From Takakia lepidozioides (taxonomy: Eukaryota; Plantae; Bryophyta): DNA of 64,000 bases. This document shows positions 36,802 to 49,000 of the stretch, piece by piece. The DNA lies in NCBI GenBank assembly GCA_030704615.1, contig CM060733.1, forward strand, positions 38,688,001 through 38,752,000, in the 5' to 3' direction. Under the pieces are notes generated by a model, which was not told the origin of the DNA, made no database searches, and worked only from the letters and a program-made list of their open reading frames with translations. The position numbers and the translations under genes are program-made. Within the stretch, counting starts at the first letter, position 1. Every line of letters begins with the position of its first letter.

Positions 36802-39800
36802 CTACTCTCCTACACCCTCCGAGGAACTTGCCCCACCTTCTTCCTCATCCCCCTCATCCCCCTCATCCTCCGAGCTCTGTGATGCTTCAGTTCCACTATG
36901 CCTCTCAAAAATCCCGTCCTCTCCTTGGGGGACTGTCCACCTCACCTCCTGGGAATCTTCTGCGTCTTCTCCCCCATTTTCCTCAGCAGAATCCAAGACA
37001 AATCTACGAGCCCGACGGGCTCTAATAGCTGCTGCCTCCTCCCTCATCTTCATTTTCTTGAGGCTTGCCTCGTCTAAAATCTGCTGTACACGACTACGTT
37101 CGGAACACCTCCTAATGGACACCGAAGCAAGCCGGGCAGCATAAGTAAGAAGGATGTATTCCCTTTCTGGACTAGGCATGAAATCCCCCCTGGCAAAAAA
37201 AGGCACGTTCCTCCTGCCCATGAACTCCGGTGTAGACGTCCCTCCGGCAGTACTTGGCATCCTACAGTAAGAACAAATCCACTTCAAGAATGTCAATACC
37301 AGCACAACCAGAAAGGGTTTTCAATGAAATAAGAGAGCGGAGGGAGGTGCCTCACGAAATCTGGAGGCAACTTACAATGCCACCACTCACTCGTAAACCG
37401 GGGGCTCCTCGGCCTCGATCCCAACTTCCTCCCCTTGCTCCTTCTCGGATTTTTCCTCATCCTCCGAGGATGCCTCTTCCTCTTTCGGCAGACGTTCAGC
37501 CGCTGCAAGTTCCGAGTTGTGGAGGGCAGTATCTGGCTCGAAGGCGAACACATGCCTGTCGGACAACGTCCCTGCCCACATTGAAGCACCCGAGGGACAA
37601 AGCGGGCAGTTAATAGCTTGCGGCATGCAATTGCAATCGGGCCAGGGGACAAACTGATCACGTGAAGGCTTACCCGTGCCGCATGTGAGGTCCAGAATCC
37701 GCCCTTGGACATCCGAGCACGTCTCCATGAGGGTTTGGATGAAAGCTGGGCTCCGGGTCCGGCTGTACCGCCACGGTTTGCCTGTCTTTGTGTCCTTCGG
37801 CATACTGGAGTGGGGCACATAGTTGTAGAGGACATCGTAGGTTACAGGGTCCACAGCGGCATCAACAAGACGACCGTCGTTGCGGAATTTGAACGTAGAC
37901 CCTCTCTTCACAAAGCAATATGCCTCAAACACCAATGTCTGCACATCCAACAAAGAAGGGATCAACTCCAGGGTCTACTTAACATACACCACAATATGAA
38001 GTGAATGCAATAGATTGATAACTTACACTTTGGCCCTCTGTTCGCAACCCCTGTGTACTGATGCAGAACCATTTTCTGAGGAGGACCGGGGTGACACTTT
38101 TCGGTGTCCACCTTGCCACCGCATTCTCTGTGGTCTTCCCTCTCGTGGCAAGGACAACCACACATCCAGAAGCATCCCCGCCAGCCCAAACCCGGCTTTC
38201 CAGTAGTCCTCAGTAAACCTGTTCCAGGTGGGCACACCATCCAGGCCCTCCAGCAGCTCCCCATCTGGAATGTCGAGGAGAATCATGTCGCAAGCTCTCT
38301 CCACCTCAACCCCCCCCCCCCCCCCCCGAGTGCTCTTGCAATTCGTGCTCACAGCCGTGAAGAATTCCATCATGGCTTCAAAACCAGGGGTGTCTTTAGG
38401 CTCTGTACCGCCAGCCCTCTTCTTGGCTTTCCCCTTCTGCTCCGCCAGAGACTTGCTGTGTGCCACCTTCTTTGCCCTGGCAGCGAGAGCGTCAAGGAAG
38501 CTCTCATTGACGCATTGGATGATGGTTGGAGGTTCTAGCTTTGGCCTGTGCGTAAATGTCACCGCCGAATACCGCCGTGTAGGCTCGCCCTCAAATGCCA
38601 ACTTCTTGGCAGAGCCAGTCCCACTCTGAACTGACTTGGGAACCCGGACGACCGGTGACTGGGTAGGAGCAACAGCAGTCGCAGGACCTTGAACAAAGTT
38701 GTCGTCCGAGTCACTCTCTTGGGTCCCCTCCTGCGCCTCCTCCGATGCCCCGATGGTTTTCTGCTTTTTGGGTGTTACTGCACTCACCTGTTTCCTTGTC
38801 CTTTTCCTTTGGCCTTTACTCTTCTCATGCAATTTCTCCTGAATTCCTGCCTGAGCAAGCTCTGCCGCTTTCCTGGAGTTCGCAAGCGCTTTTGCCTCTT
38901 TTGCACCCAACGGAGGCAGCGGAGCCCGGTTCGTCGGAATTCAGCATCCAGCTTCAATTGAAACTCGGATGGGTCGAACGAGCCGGGCGGAAGGTCCACA
39001 TACCAAGGGCAATCACGCAAATGTTCCAGATGCCACTCCTTCACAATATCGTCAGTGTACATGGAGACAGCCCCAGGGTTCCTCCATGCCAGGAAGAATG
39101 GTGGCTCGAAAGACAGATGACCTTTCTCCAAAAGGGAGAACTTGCAGTACCTACATTCATGAAAAACACAATGAGGTCTTGAAATGCATATTCGGCACCA
39201 TTTTCCCAGGTTGGGGCGGATGTGAGTGGGCCAAGAAATGGAAAAATGGCGCCGAATCGAGGTTTTCGGTGACTGCCACCCTAGGGACTTAGCCATCTTG
39301 GGAGCCCTGAACTGGAAATTTGGCGCCATTTTTCCCGGTTTGGCCCGAAGATGGCTAAGTCCCAGAACCGCAATAGGGCCTAGAACTGGAAAAATGGCGC
39401 CGAATTTCCAGTTCAGGTCCAGCCACCCTAGGGACTTAGCCCGAAAATGGCTAAGTCCCTGAACGACAATAGGGCCTAGAACTGGAAAATGGCGCCGAAT
39501 TTCCAGTTCCGGGCCAGCCACCCTAGGGACTTAGCCCGAAAATGGCTAAGTCCCTGAACGGCAATAGGGCCTAGAACTGGAAAATGGCGCCGAATTTCCA
39601 GTTCCGGGCCAGCCACCCTAGGGACTTAGCCCGAAAATGGCCAAGTCCCTGAACGGCAATAGGGCCTACAACTGGAATATGGCGCCGAATTTCCAGTTCA
39701 GGGCCAGCCACCCTAGAGACTTAGCCCCAAAATGGCTAAGTCCCTGAACGGCAATAGGGCCTAGAACTGGAAAATGGCGCCGAATTTCCAGTTCCGGGCC

Positions 39801-42800
39801 AGCCACCCTAGGGACTTAGCCCGAAAATGGCCAAGTCCCTGAACGGCAATAGGGCCTACAACTGGAATATGGCGCCGAATTTCCAGTTCAGGGCCAGCCA
39901 CCCTAGAGACTTAGCCCCAAAATGGCTAAGTCCCTGAACGGCAATAGGGCCTAGAACTGGAAAATGGCGCCGAATTTCCAGTTCCGGGCCAGCCACCCTA
40001 GGGACTTAGCCCGAAAATGGCTAAGTCCCTGAACGGCAATAGGGCCTACAACTGGAATATGGCGCCAATTTTCCAGTTCAGGGCCAGCCACCCTAGAGAC
40101 TTAGCCCCAAAATGGCTAAGTCCCTGAACGGCAATAGGGCCTAGAACTGGAAAATGGCGCCGAATTTCCAGTTCCGGGCCAGCCAGTCTAGGGATTTAGC
40201 CCGAAAATGGCCAAGTCCCTGAACGGCAATAGGGCCTACAACTGGAAAATGGCGCCGAATTTCCAGTTCAGGGCCAGCCAGTCTAGGGACTTAGCCATTT
40301 TCGGAGCCCTGACTGGAAATTCGGCGCCATTTTCCCTAACACCACATGAGGCCTCTAACATCCTGAAATGCAAGGACTTGAAAGAAAGGCCGCGCGTATG
40401 TACCTGTACAGAAGGCGCATTGCTGCTTTGTCCGCGTTCGGCTGGTCGGTGAACTCGTGGCTCCGGCGAGCATCTGCTATCTCCCGAAAGAATAGGTTGG
40501 TTTTGTAGAGCAGAAAGTACCTCGTCACATAGTCACGTAGGCTCTCTGCTGCAGGAGATATCTCCATCTTGAACTGATGTGCTTGTGTGTCCAGCTGCTC
40601 TTGCGCATTCGTCGTCACCTGTGGAGATTCTCCATCAGATCGCTTTCCTGAAAAAATACAATGAATCCACCCCCTACTAGAGTAGAAGCCCCAAACGAAG
40701 CGTGGGGAAGTACCTGAAACCACCATGTCATGCGGTTCATCCACATGTCGAATGTGGGGTCAGAGAGTTTGTCCGGTTTGGGGAAGCTCCACATGTCCCT
40801 GGTACTTTGGGAACCATTCCAGATTTGGAGCCACCGGGTCTGTCCAACCACCCAGCATATTCGTAAGCGCCAAACACCACAAAAAGGAGTTGTTGCCACC
40901 ACAATTTGGTTAAGAATGTATCACCTTTTCTGTTGCATCCACACAGGATGTGGCTAGACGATGGAGCTTCTCCAATGTCATCGTGGGCTTTAGAGCGTGA
41001 GAGTAGTGCTTCCCTACCTCCACCAGAAAGTCGGCACCAAGGGCGGGATCAGCTATGGCCACGTACTTTACCATCCGCGACTTGTACTTTATGCGGGCCC
41101 TCACCTCCGCAGCTTTGACATACGATTCGAGTTCCGGGAGGGTTGGATTCTTCTCCTCTGACTCCATGTAGAACCTCCGCGCATGTGCCAAATCCTGCTG
41201 TATTTTCGTCTGTCAAGAATGCGCACATAAGATTAGAGATCCTGCTCAACACAATTTCTTCTATTGGGGGAGGAGAGACAGATTAGCTCAACAAAACTGT
41301 CAGGAGCTTTACCCGAAATATGTAGTCCACCATGGCGTCGACGCTCAGCCTATACCAGGTTTTGTCTGCCTTTGCCTCCGACTTGCGCAGGAGGTCGGCA
41401 CTGAGGGAATTGGCAAACTCTTGCACCCCCTGCTTCCCGACATCCTTCACTCGGAAGAGCATATGGGACAAGTTGGTGGCAATGAAGGCATTCTCAGTCA
41501 CCCTGCAGTGCCACATTTCCATCAAACAATATTGAAATGGGAATTTTCATCATATATGAGGATTCGCAATGAAATGACTTCCAAACTCAAAGTCCAAAAG
41601 CGAGAGGCGTTGTAGCTTACGAGTTGATGTCGGCCATTGCAGCTTTGAGAAGATTGCGATCCATGCCAGGAGGCGATGATTGCCGTCCCACACGTAGAAC
41701 ATCTTACCGGACAAGTGTTGGAAAAGAGGATCACTAGCAATTGATCTCTCGAACTCCTCATTTCGCGTTTGCCAATGGGGACCCCATTTGTCCACCTCAT
41801 CGGAAGTGTGGGCACGGGAAGCTCCGTGGTCGTTCTCAATGGAAACGTAAAATGCGGCAGACCCCATTCGATATCCATCCCGGAAAGAGAATTTCAGCTT
41901 GTCGATATCGCCTGGGAGGGCAGGTCTCACCACCTGCAATGACACCAAGCGGCAAAGGGGAATTCGAAGCTTGGCCGGGTACACCATGCCCCCCAGCACC
42001 CTGCTAATGTTGCTGTGGGTTGCCTCCAACATCTTGGCAGCGGCCAACTTCATATCCGCCTCAGACATGACGTCTGCTGCAAAGGGGTTTTCCGGCAGCC
42101 CGCCAGGACCGCCAAATCCAGCCTGTATGCTCCGGGTTTGGGGCCTGGGGATGTCCGGAAGGATGTCATCCTGGTCAGAAAGCTCCCTGTTGTCCTCCTC
42201 AACAGGGTCAGCCACCTGCGAAACCACCTCCAACACTCTCCCCGTCTCTACTGCCCTCTCCCTGGCTTCACCTCGAACTTGCACAATCCGTGCTCTTTCT
42301 GGTGTTCTTTCCTCTCCTCCAGTCTCCACCGTATGGGTAATTGCAGGGGCTGCTCTTGCCCGCGATGGTCTAACCGGTGTGTCACTGCCTCTCTGTGGTG
42401 TCTTGGAGGGATCCACCGTCTCTGTGCATCCCTCGCTTACATTGGCATCTGTCATTTGGGCACCCCTGGCCTCTTCAGTGGCCTTTTCTCTTTCCTCCTG
42501 GCTAGCATTCTGTCTCGTCTGTTCTTTTGCCCTCTCTTTTGCCCTCTCACGGGCTTTTTGTTTCTTACTAGGGCTAGCAGCAGGGGAGCCCGGATGGACG
42601 ACCACCTTTGATTGAGGCGAACTGACACCCTCGCGCGCACTGCTCACTCCCCCCTCCGCAGCCCGTGACGGCTCTCTCGCCGGGGATTGCATGTGCTTAG
42701 CTTTCTTCTTTTTCTTTGCGTGGGCGGGCCCTACTGCATGTGCATCAACAACCTCCATTGCCGAATCTGGTGTCCTCATGTCCTCACGCCCTTCACCTGC

Positions 42801-43585
42801 CATGCCGCCTGCACCAACCTCCCCAATGCCTATTCTGTCGTACTCTCGTTGCAAGTCCTCCCGTCCACCAACAAAAGGTTTAAGTTTGCCCTCTCGCCCC
42901 AAGTTGGGCGATTCAAACATGTGACGAGTTGGAGCTATCGATGATACCACCAGCGTGCCGGGCTCGTCGTCACTCTGTCATTCCCAAAAATCGTGAGAAC
43001 CAACATCGGTGCAAAAACCAGCATCGCAACGAGCAGCGCAACCACCATAGCAACAATCGTGTAACAAAAATGAAAACATAACAAGTTTAGGAAGTATGGA
43101 GAGCCATGCAACAACAATGAAAACAAATGCAACCATTGCCTGAGAATGACATGCACAAGCAGCCTTCTCCAGAGCTGCCGGATTTGCACACGCATTGCAA
43201 ACAATCTAAGGTTCACTCAACTATCTAAGGTTCACTCATCCAGCGAAGCCAGGATGAAGATACAAAAACAAAGCGAGGCAACAAAGCGAAAGGGAAAGCG
43301 AAAGCGAAAGCAAAAGCGAAAGCAAAAAATAAATCGAACAAAGCGAAAGCAGAAATGGCTTGCCTGAGAGTACTCGGCTTCAGTTGGCGCGGGTTGTGAG
43401 CAAGACACTGGAATCTCCTGCTGGAGCTTCAGTTTGGCCATGCGAGAGATTGGCCGTCGTCCGTAGTACAGAGCTTTCAACTTCCGCCGCGGTCTGGATG
43501 TGAGGTCTCTCTCAGGAGAGCCACGCCCTTCAGGCGGCATAAGTCCCAGCCAAAATGGAAAAAGATCTCCGTTTTTGGGGTACAT
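36802..43585 (-). pseudogene. Spliced ParB-like / DNA methyltransferase-fold gene, copy 2 (full length, with deletions)
   Basis: ORF pieces 43232-43585, 41550-42950 (VWDGNHRLLAW), 41283-41525, 40910-41191, 40615-40902, 40355-40744, 38023-38910 (CDMILLDIPDG), 37387-37965 (RILDLTCGTG) and 36802-37305. ~85-bp deletion at 41660, 10-bp deletion at 38163, and one splice acceptor AG>GG near 37591. Confidence 0.8.
39190..40335. repeat. 95-bp double-hairpin tandem array, 10 units with 190-bp higher-order alternation
   Basis: Units alternate CTAGAACTGGAAAAT...CTAGGGAC and CTACAACTGGAATAT...CTAGAGAC from ~39570 to 40260. Confidence 0.95.
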
Positions 43586-43744
43586 GCCTCGAATAGCATG
43601 TTAAGCCAAGATTAGCATGAGATTTAGGGTACGTATCCAGGAAGCGATGTGTCGCCAGCCCGAATGAAAACCGACGGCGGTGGACATTTATTGCCCAACT
43701 GCGCAATTAAATGTCGGATGAAGCCCTCCATGTCGGATGAAAAT

Positions 43745-44230
43745 CGACGGAAAGAGGCCCGGAATTTCCAACGTAGAGGTAATTCGGAGCGCTGCAGGAT
43801 GGAAATCCGGCGCCGGATTTCCATCCTGCAGGTAATTCAGAGCGCAGCAGGATGGAAATTCTGCGCCGAATTTCCATCCTGCAAGGTAGGGCGGTGCGCG
43901 AAATTTCCCTCACGCAGGTAATTCGGAAGCGGATGGATGGAAATCCGGCGCCGGATTTCCATCCACGCAGGTAGGGCGGCGCGCCAAATTTCCCTCACGC
44001 AGGTAATTCAGAAGCGGATGGATGGAAATTCGGCGCCGGATTTCCATCCGCGCAGGTAGGGCGCCGCGCAAAATTTCCCTCAAGCAGGTAATTCGGAGGC
44101 GGATGGATGGAAATCCGGCGCCGGATTTCCATCCGCAAGGTTGGGCGGAGAGTCGATGGATGGAGATCCGGCACCGAATTTCCATCCAGCAGGTAAGTGG
44201 AATCCCGGATGGATGGAAATCCGGCGCCGA
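43745..44230. repeat. Palindrome array (GGATGGAAATCCGGCGCCGGATTTCCATCC) at 53- and 85-bp spacing
   Basis: Core GG positions are 43801, 43854, 43939, 44024, 44109, 44162 and 44215. Confidence 0.93.
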
Positions 44231-44539
44231 TGGCTCATTATGTTGCCTGGGCACGCGCCCTATGCTCAAAGGAGATGACGATCTTGAACGTGCAGGACTT
44301 GCGGTGCTCGACGAGACCTCCTCGGGCAACATCACCGGACCACGAGGGAGCGTGCGAATATTCTTGTCAGCTCGCCATGAATCCTCTTCTCCGCCAGGTG
44401 CCTCGTCAAGTCTTCGTCTCACTGGACGGGTATGAACATCTCCTTCCAAATGTTGGCCTCTTCGCAGCAATGGCGTGTCCCGAAGGCCCTCTCGCAAGGC
44501 CGCCGCCCACTTCCGAGGATTCTTCGATCTAGAGGCAGT

Positions 44540-45476
44540 TGTTAGAGGACTGTCGGGGACTTAGACACGTATACGGGATCTGTAGGGTACCCTTAATTTT
44601 TGCATAGACTGAGACCAACAGGAGCCTTAGGGGTGACAGCAGCGCACTGTAGAGGGGGGTTACACAGCCCGTCACAGTCGTCACAGCCAACACAGCCAAC
44701 ACAGCCCGTCACAGTCGTCACAGCCAACACAGCCAACACAGCCCGTCACAGTCGTCACAGCAGACACAGCCGACACAGCCAAACACAGTCGCACAGCCAG
44801 TCACAGCCCGTCACAGTTTCACACAGCCAGTCACAGCTTGACACAGCTGTCACGATCATAGGGAACGAAGAGTAGGACAGGGAACGACTGTGGGGAACAA
44901 CACCTGCGAAGGGAACATGTTAGTTCACAGACACGGTTAGTGAGGGAAACGGTTAGAACTGCGGAGAGGAAGATAAAGAGAGAAACGGGGAATTGAGGGA
45001 CATCATTCGGAGGAGGACTTCTTGGTGATAGAGGAGAGGGGATCGGGCAGAGATGAAGAACGGAAGTGAAGATAGAGAGATGATGAGTAGATGCTTGATA
45101 TATGCAAGGCTGTAATGATATTGTAGAGTAGATTAGAGACACAATGGCTTCGGCCTGATACCTGATAAATCATAATCGGATACTTTTACGATATAATCAC
45201 ACTGTGTAGAGAGATCTGAGTGAAGCTGTGGAATGAATCGATGAGTTGATGGAATCCAATAGATTGATAAAGCAAACTGATACTTAATTATCAATGGTAA
45301 GATAGTTAACATGAATACCAAAAGGGAAACAAATAGGAAACACCCCCATGATACACTAGCTGTAGGTCATGACTGATTGTTCTGCGCGGGCTGAGTACTT
45401 AGAGATTTCCAACTCTTCAATCTTGGAGTTTCCGCCTCGAATAGCGAAGGGATGGGTGAGTAAAAGCCGCGCGACA
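44540..45476 (+). repeat. 5' LTR of copy E (937 bp)
   Basis: TGTTAGAGG...GCGCGACA, followed by the PBS. Confidence 0.85.
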
Positions 45477-46063
45477 TTTGGCAACCATACTGGGGACCTG
45501 GGACATGAACAACCAGATGTGACAGGCATCTGGTGGGATCATGGTGGTTGGACCATTAAAGAATTTGAAGTGAATCAAATTCCCTGTGGAACGAAGGAAG
45601 AAAGATTGTCCAAACAATTCTTTCAAAGGTTCTTGGAATTGCCAGACGGTTGTAAAGAAAATATTCTTAAGCGAGTGCATGATGCTGATCCAGAAGGGGT
45701 CTGGAGAAATGAGTGATAAAGATTTATCAGGTAGCCTGTAGAGGAAGAGCACGTTGGTTACCAACATTGGTTTATGTGATAGCATTGCTATCCATTAAAC
45801 GAGTAGAGTTTGAAGGCTGGGAAGAAAGAAAGGTGAATGTTTATACTCATATGCATGAAGAGCTTGTACTGGTAAAGAATTGGATTCCAAAGGATATTTT
45901 GTGGATCAAACTCACACCAAGAACAGCTTTTCAGACTTGTTTGCCATATGGTTATATGGTAACGGAGACTTCAAGTATAGCCAAGGGTGCATTGAAGCTT
46001 GAAAGAAACCCAGGCATATACGAGAGATATTACAGAAGAGAGTTTTGGTTATTGCCACATTAA
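45369..46063 (+). pseudogene. 5' extra ORF, copy E (frameshifted near 45700)
   Basis: ORFs 45369-45716 and 45713-46063 together match 25780-26475. Confidence 0.6.
45479..45497 (+). promoter_or_regulatory. Primer-binding site (copy E)
   Basis: TGGCAACCATACTGGGGAC, one transition away from the copy C PBS. Confidence 0.7.
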
Positions 46064-46084
46064 AAGAAATGAAAGACATGGGAC

Positions 46085-49000
46085 ATGAGTGATGAAAGAG
46101 AAGCTAGACGACAGAGATATTCAGCAAAAAGAGAAAGCTATCTGAAAGCTAATTATCCATATCTTTGGGAGAGAGGAATAGACATAGGGGAATCATCTGG
46201 ACCTCTCACACCATTAAGATCAAAGAGTGCATCACCTATACCGGAAGAACTAGAGTTGGATGCCACTCCTTCTGTTTCTTTGCAAGAAAGATTAAGGGAA
46301 TTGGTACAGGAAGAAGATCAATCACGAGGTGAAAGATCTGAGGTACATCCTTGGATAAAAGACTTGACAAGAGCCAACGGAGAGTTCAGACTCTCCAACA
46401 CCATTACAGTTGAGTTACATGAGTGAAGAAGAAACCCAAGGGCAGAACTTGGAGGATGAAAACAGAGAGAAGAAATTAGAAGAGGAAGAATATGAAGAAG
46501 TAGACCCAACAGCTGAGGTTGAGACTACAACCAGGACATCCCAACCCGTTGGACCTGGATCAAGTGGAGCACTTGGATCACAGGCCAACGAAGGTGTCGG
46601 CTCAGGGGGATCAGGCGGGCTGCCTGGATCTGGTTCTGGGGGGACAGGGAGTGTGGGAAGTAGTGCAACTGAAGCTGGGAATACTGTGAATATCGTGGGG
46701 CCAGAAGCAAGGAGTGCTCAAGGGCCACCACTTGGTGGAAGATCCACCACAAAAACAACAGGTCCAGAAGGACCAGCACCAGCAAGGGTGCCAGCACCTG
46801 TTAGGCATTTGAAACAGCAAACAGAATTGAGCAATTGGGAATGCTCAGGAGAGAGAAAAGGGATGATGAGGACTCTGAGGATGAGTCAGATGAAGAAGAA
46901 GAGCAAGAACTGAAAAGGAAGAGTAAGAGGAATGAGAAGTTGAAGAGGGATAACTATGAGAAAAGACTAGAAGAAATCTTGAAGAAGTATGCCACAGAGG
47001 CTGCAACACATTGGAGGAAGAGTGTATGGTGTGCAAAGTGCCAGAATGAAGGCCATACCACCACAGAATGCCACATGAAGGAGAAACATTGTACTATCTG
47101 TAAAATGGATAACCATTCTACTGAGAATTGTTACTACAACAGAAGGATAGCTGCAAGAGAACCTAGGCAAGTAAGGGTGCATCAGGTGCAGCCCCAGCCA
47201 AGAAGAAACAATGATCAGGACCACTATGGTAGGTCTGGTGGTTATAACAATGGCATGGAAGGGAGAGGTAATTCAAGAGGGAATTACCAAGGAAATTCCA
47301 GAGGCAACTATCAGGGTAATCCAAGGGGGAATTACCAGCCCGGGAATCAGGATTATAGAAATAATCCAAGAACAGACCAAGGGCGAGGACCCAATGGTGA
47401 AGAGCTATGTTACTATTGTAATCAGCCAGGACATCGCAAGGCAGCCTGTTCATTCTGGATAAGACACCAGAATGAGATGAGAGCTCCTGTGAATGAGGGC
47501 CCAGTGGTGGCAGCTCACATGGTTAGGCCATGTGTTGTACCAGAAGTAAGTACAATGATAGTAACAAGAAGTAAAGCCAAACTAATACCTCCAGTAGAAG
47601 AGGAAGAAGATGAGACTGGAAGTGGCAATGATATGCCTGAAGATGAAGAGACTTGGAAAGATGAGAAGGAACTGCACAAGGAAGTGGCAGATACTATAAG
47701 GGAAATGCAAAAGAGTACTGATATTCCTGTGGCAGATTCCTCTGATTCGGATGGAGAAAAAGAAGGGAGTGAGGAAGAAAGGAAAAAAGAAGATGCAGAC
47801 ATGCAAAGTAATGAAGAGACTTTGGCTGAAGTAATATGTCAGACCAAAGCAGAAATTACCATTGGACAGCTATTAGCTGTGGCACCTTATTGTAGACACA
47901 GGCTGTATCAAGCAATCGATCGAATTGCCCAAGAGACAGGAAACACAGACCTGAACAGCAAGGTGACCAGTTATAATGTGAAGCCGGAAGGGCGAGAAAC
48001 AGTCATGGACTTTGATGATTCTATGCCAGTAATCCAATTGAGAATTGGAAGCACAGAACTAACGGATGTACTGATAGATGGTGGTTCTGGAGTAAATATC
48101 ATGACAGACCAATTAAGGAAGAAGCTTGGTCTAAGTAACATGAAACCAGCCCCATTTACAGTAACAATGGCAGATCAAAGAAGTGTACAGCCATTGGGAT
48201 TAATAAGAGGAGTTAAGATACAGATACAGAAAATGATCTTTATGATCACAGTAACTGTATTAGAAATGGATGAAGTCATGGAGGCTTACTCCTTATTATT
48301 GGGACGTCCGTGGCTGAAACAGGCCAGGGTATTCCATGACTGGAATTCTCAGTTACTAACCGTGCATAATGGGATACACGAGATACAAATTACCACAAAG
48401 AAATCTAGTAGATTACCTGCTACAAGAAGACCTCGAGGAGTCAGAGAGTATGACTGGAGAGGAGGACTGGATGAGGAGCAGGAAGCTACCCTATTTGCTG
48501 CACACCCAGAGTGGGAGCTGGTTGCAGAGATGCGGCTGGAAAGCCTAAGTTGTTTGAGAGGTATCTGCTGTGGTGTAGTGACAGCAACACCAACTGAAGA
48601 GGAAACCAGCATTTACCCATCACATTTCTATGAAGAAAGAGAAGGAGAAATAGAAATCCTAGAAGAACCAGCCACTGTGAGCTTACAGGATGAAGTGGTG
48701 ACTGGTTGGACAATCACAGCTGATGAGCAGGTGAGAGAAGTAAATGTGGGAACTAAAGAGGAACCGAGGATGGTGAAAGTAGGAGCTGATTTGGAGCCGG
48801 AATTCTTCGAAGAAGCTAAAAGCTTGTTCATCAAATACAGAGATGTATTTGTTTGGAGCTATGAGGATCTAAAAGGGATACCACCTGAAGTCTGTCAGCA
48901 TAAGATTGAACTGGAACCAGGGTCAGTACCAATCAAGCAGGCGAGGTATAGAATGAATCCCAACTACGCACAGAAGGTTGGAGAAGAGATAAAGAAGTTG

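Larger units (their letters stand above)
36581..44539 (-). mobile_element. MULE-like DNA transposon copy 2 (inverted; terminus, complete ParB-MTase gene, palindrome array; transposase mostly absent)
   Basis: Starts GGGGGCTACTATTTCATGAGCG. Reverse-complement identity to 8798-14073 and to 61100-64000. Interrupted at 44540 by gypsy E. Confidence 0.85.

Noticed and set aside
39190-40335. CRISPR array (regularly spaced palindromic repeats; also 10905-11475 and 60400-61455)
   Set aside because: The intervening sequences are themselves repeated rather than unique spacers, there are no cas genes, and the context is an intron or intergenic region of a eukaryotic transposon.
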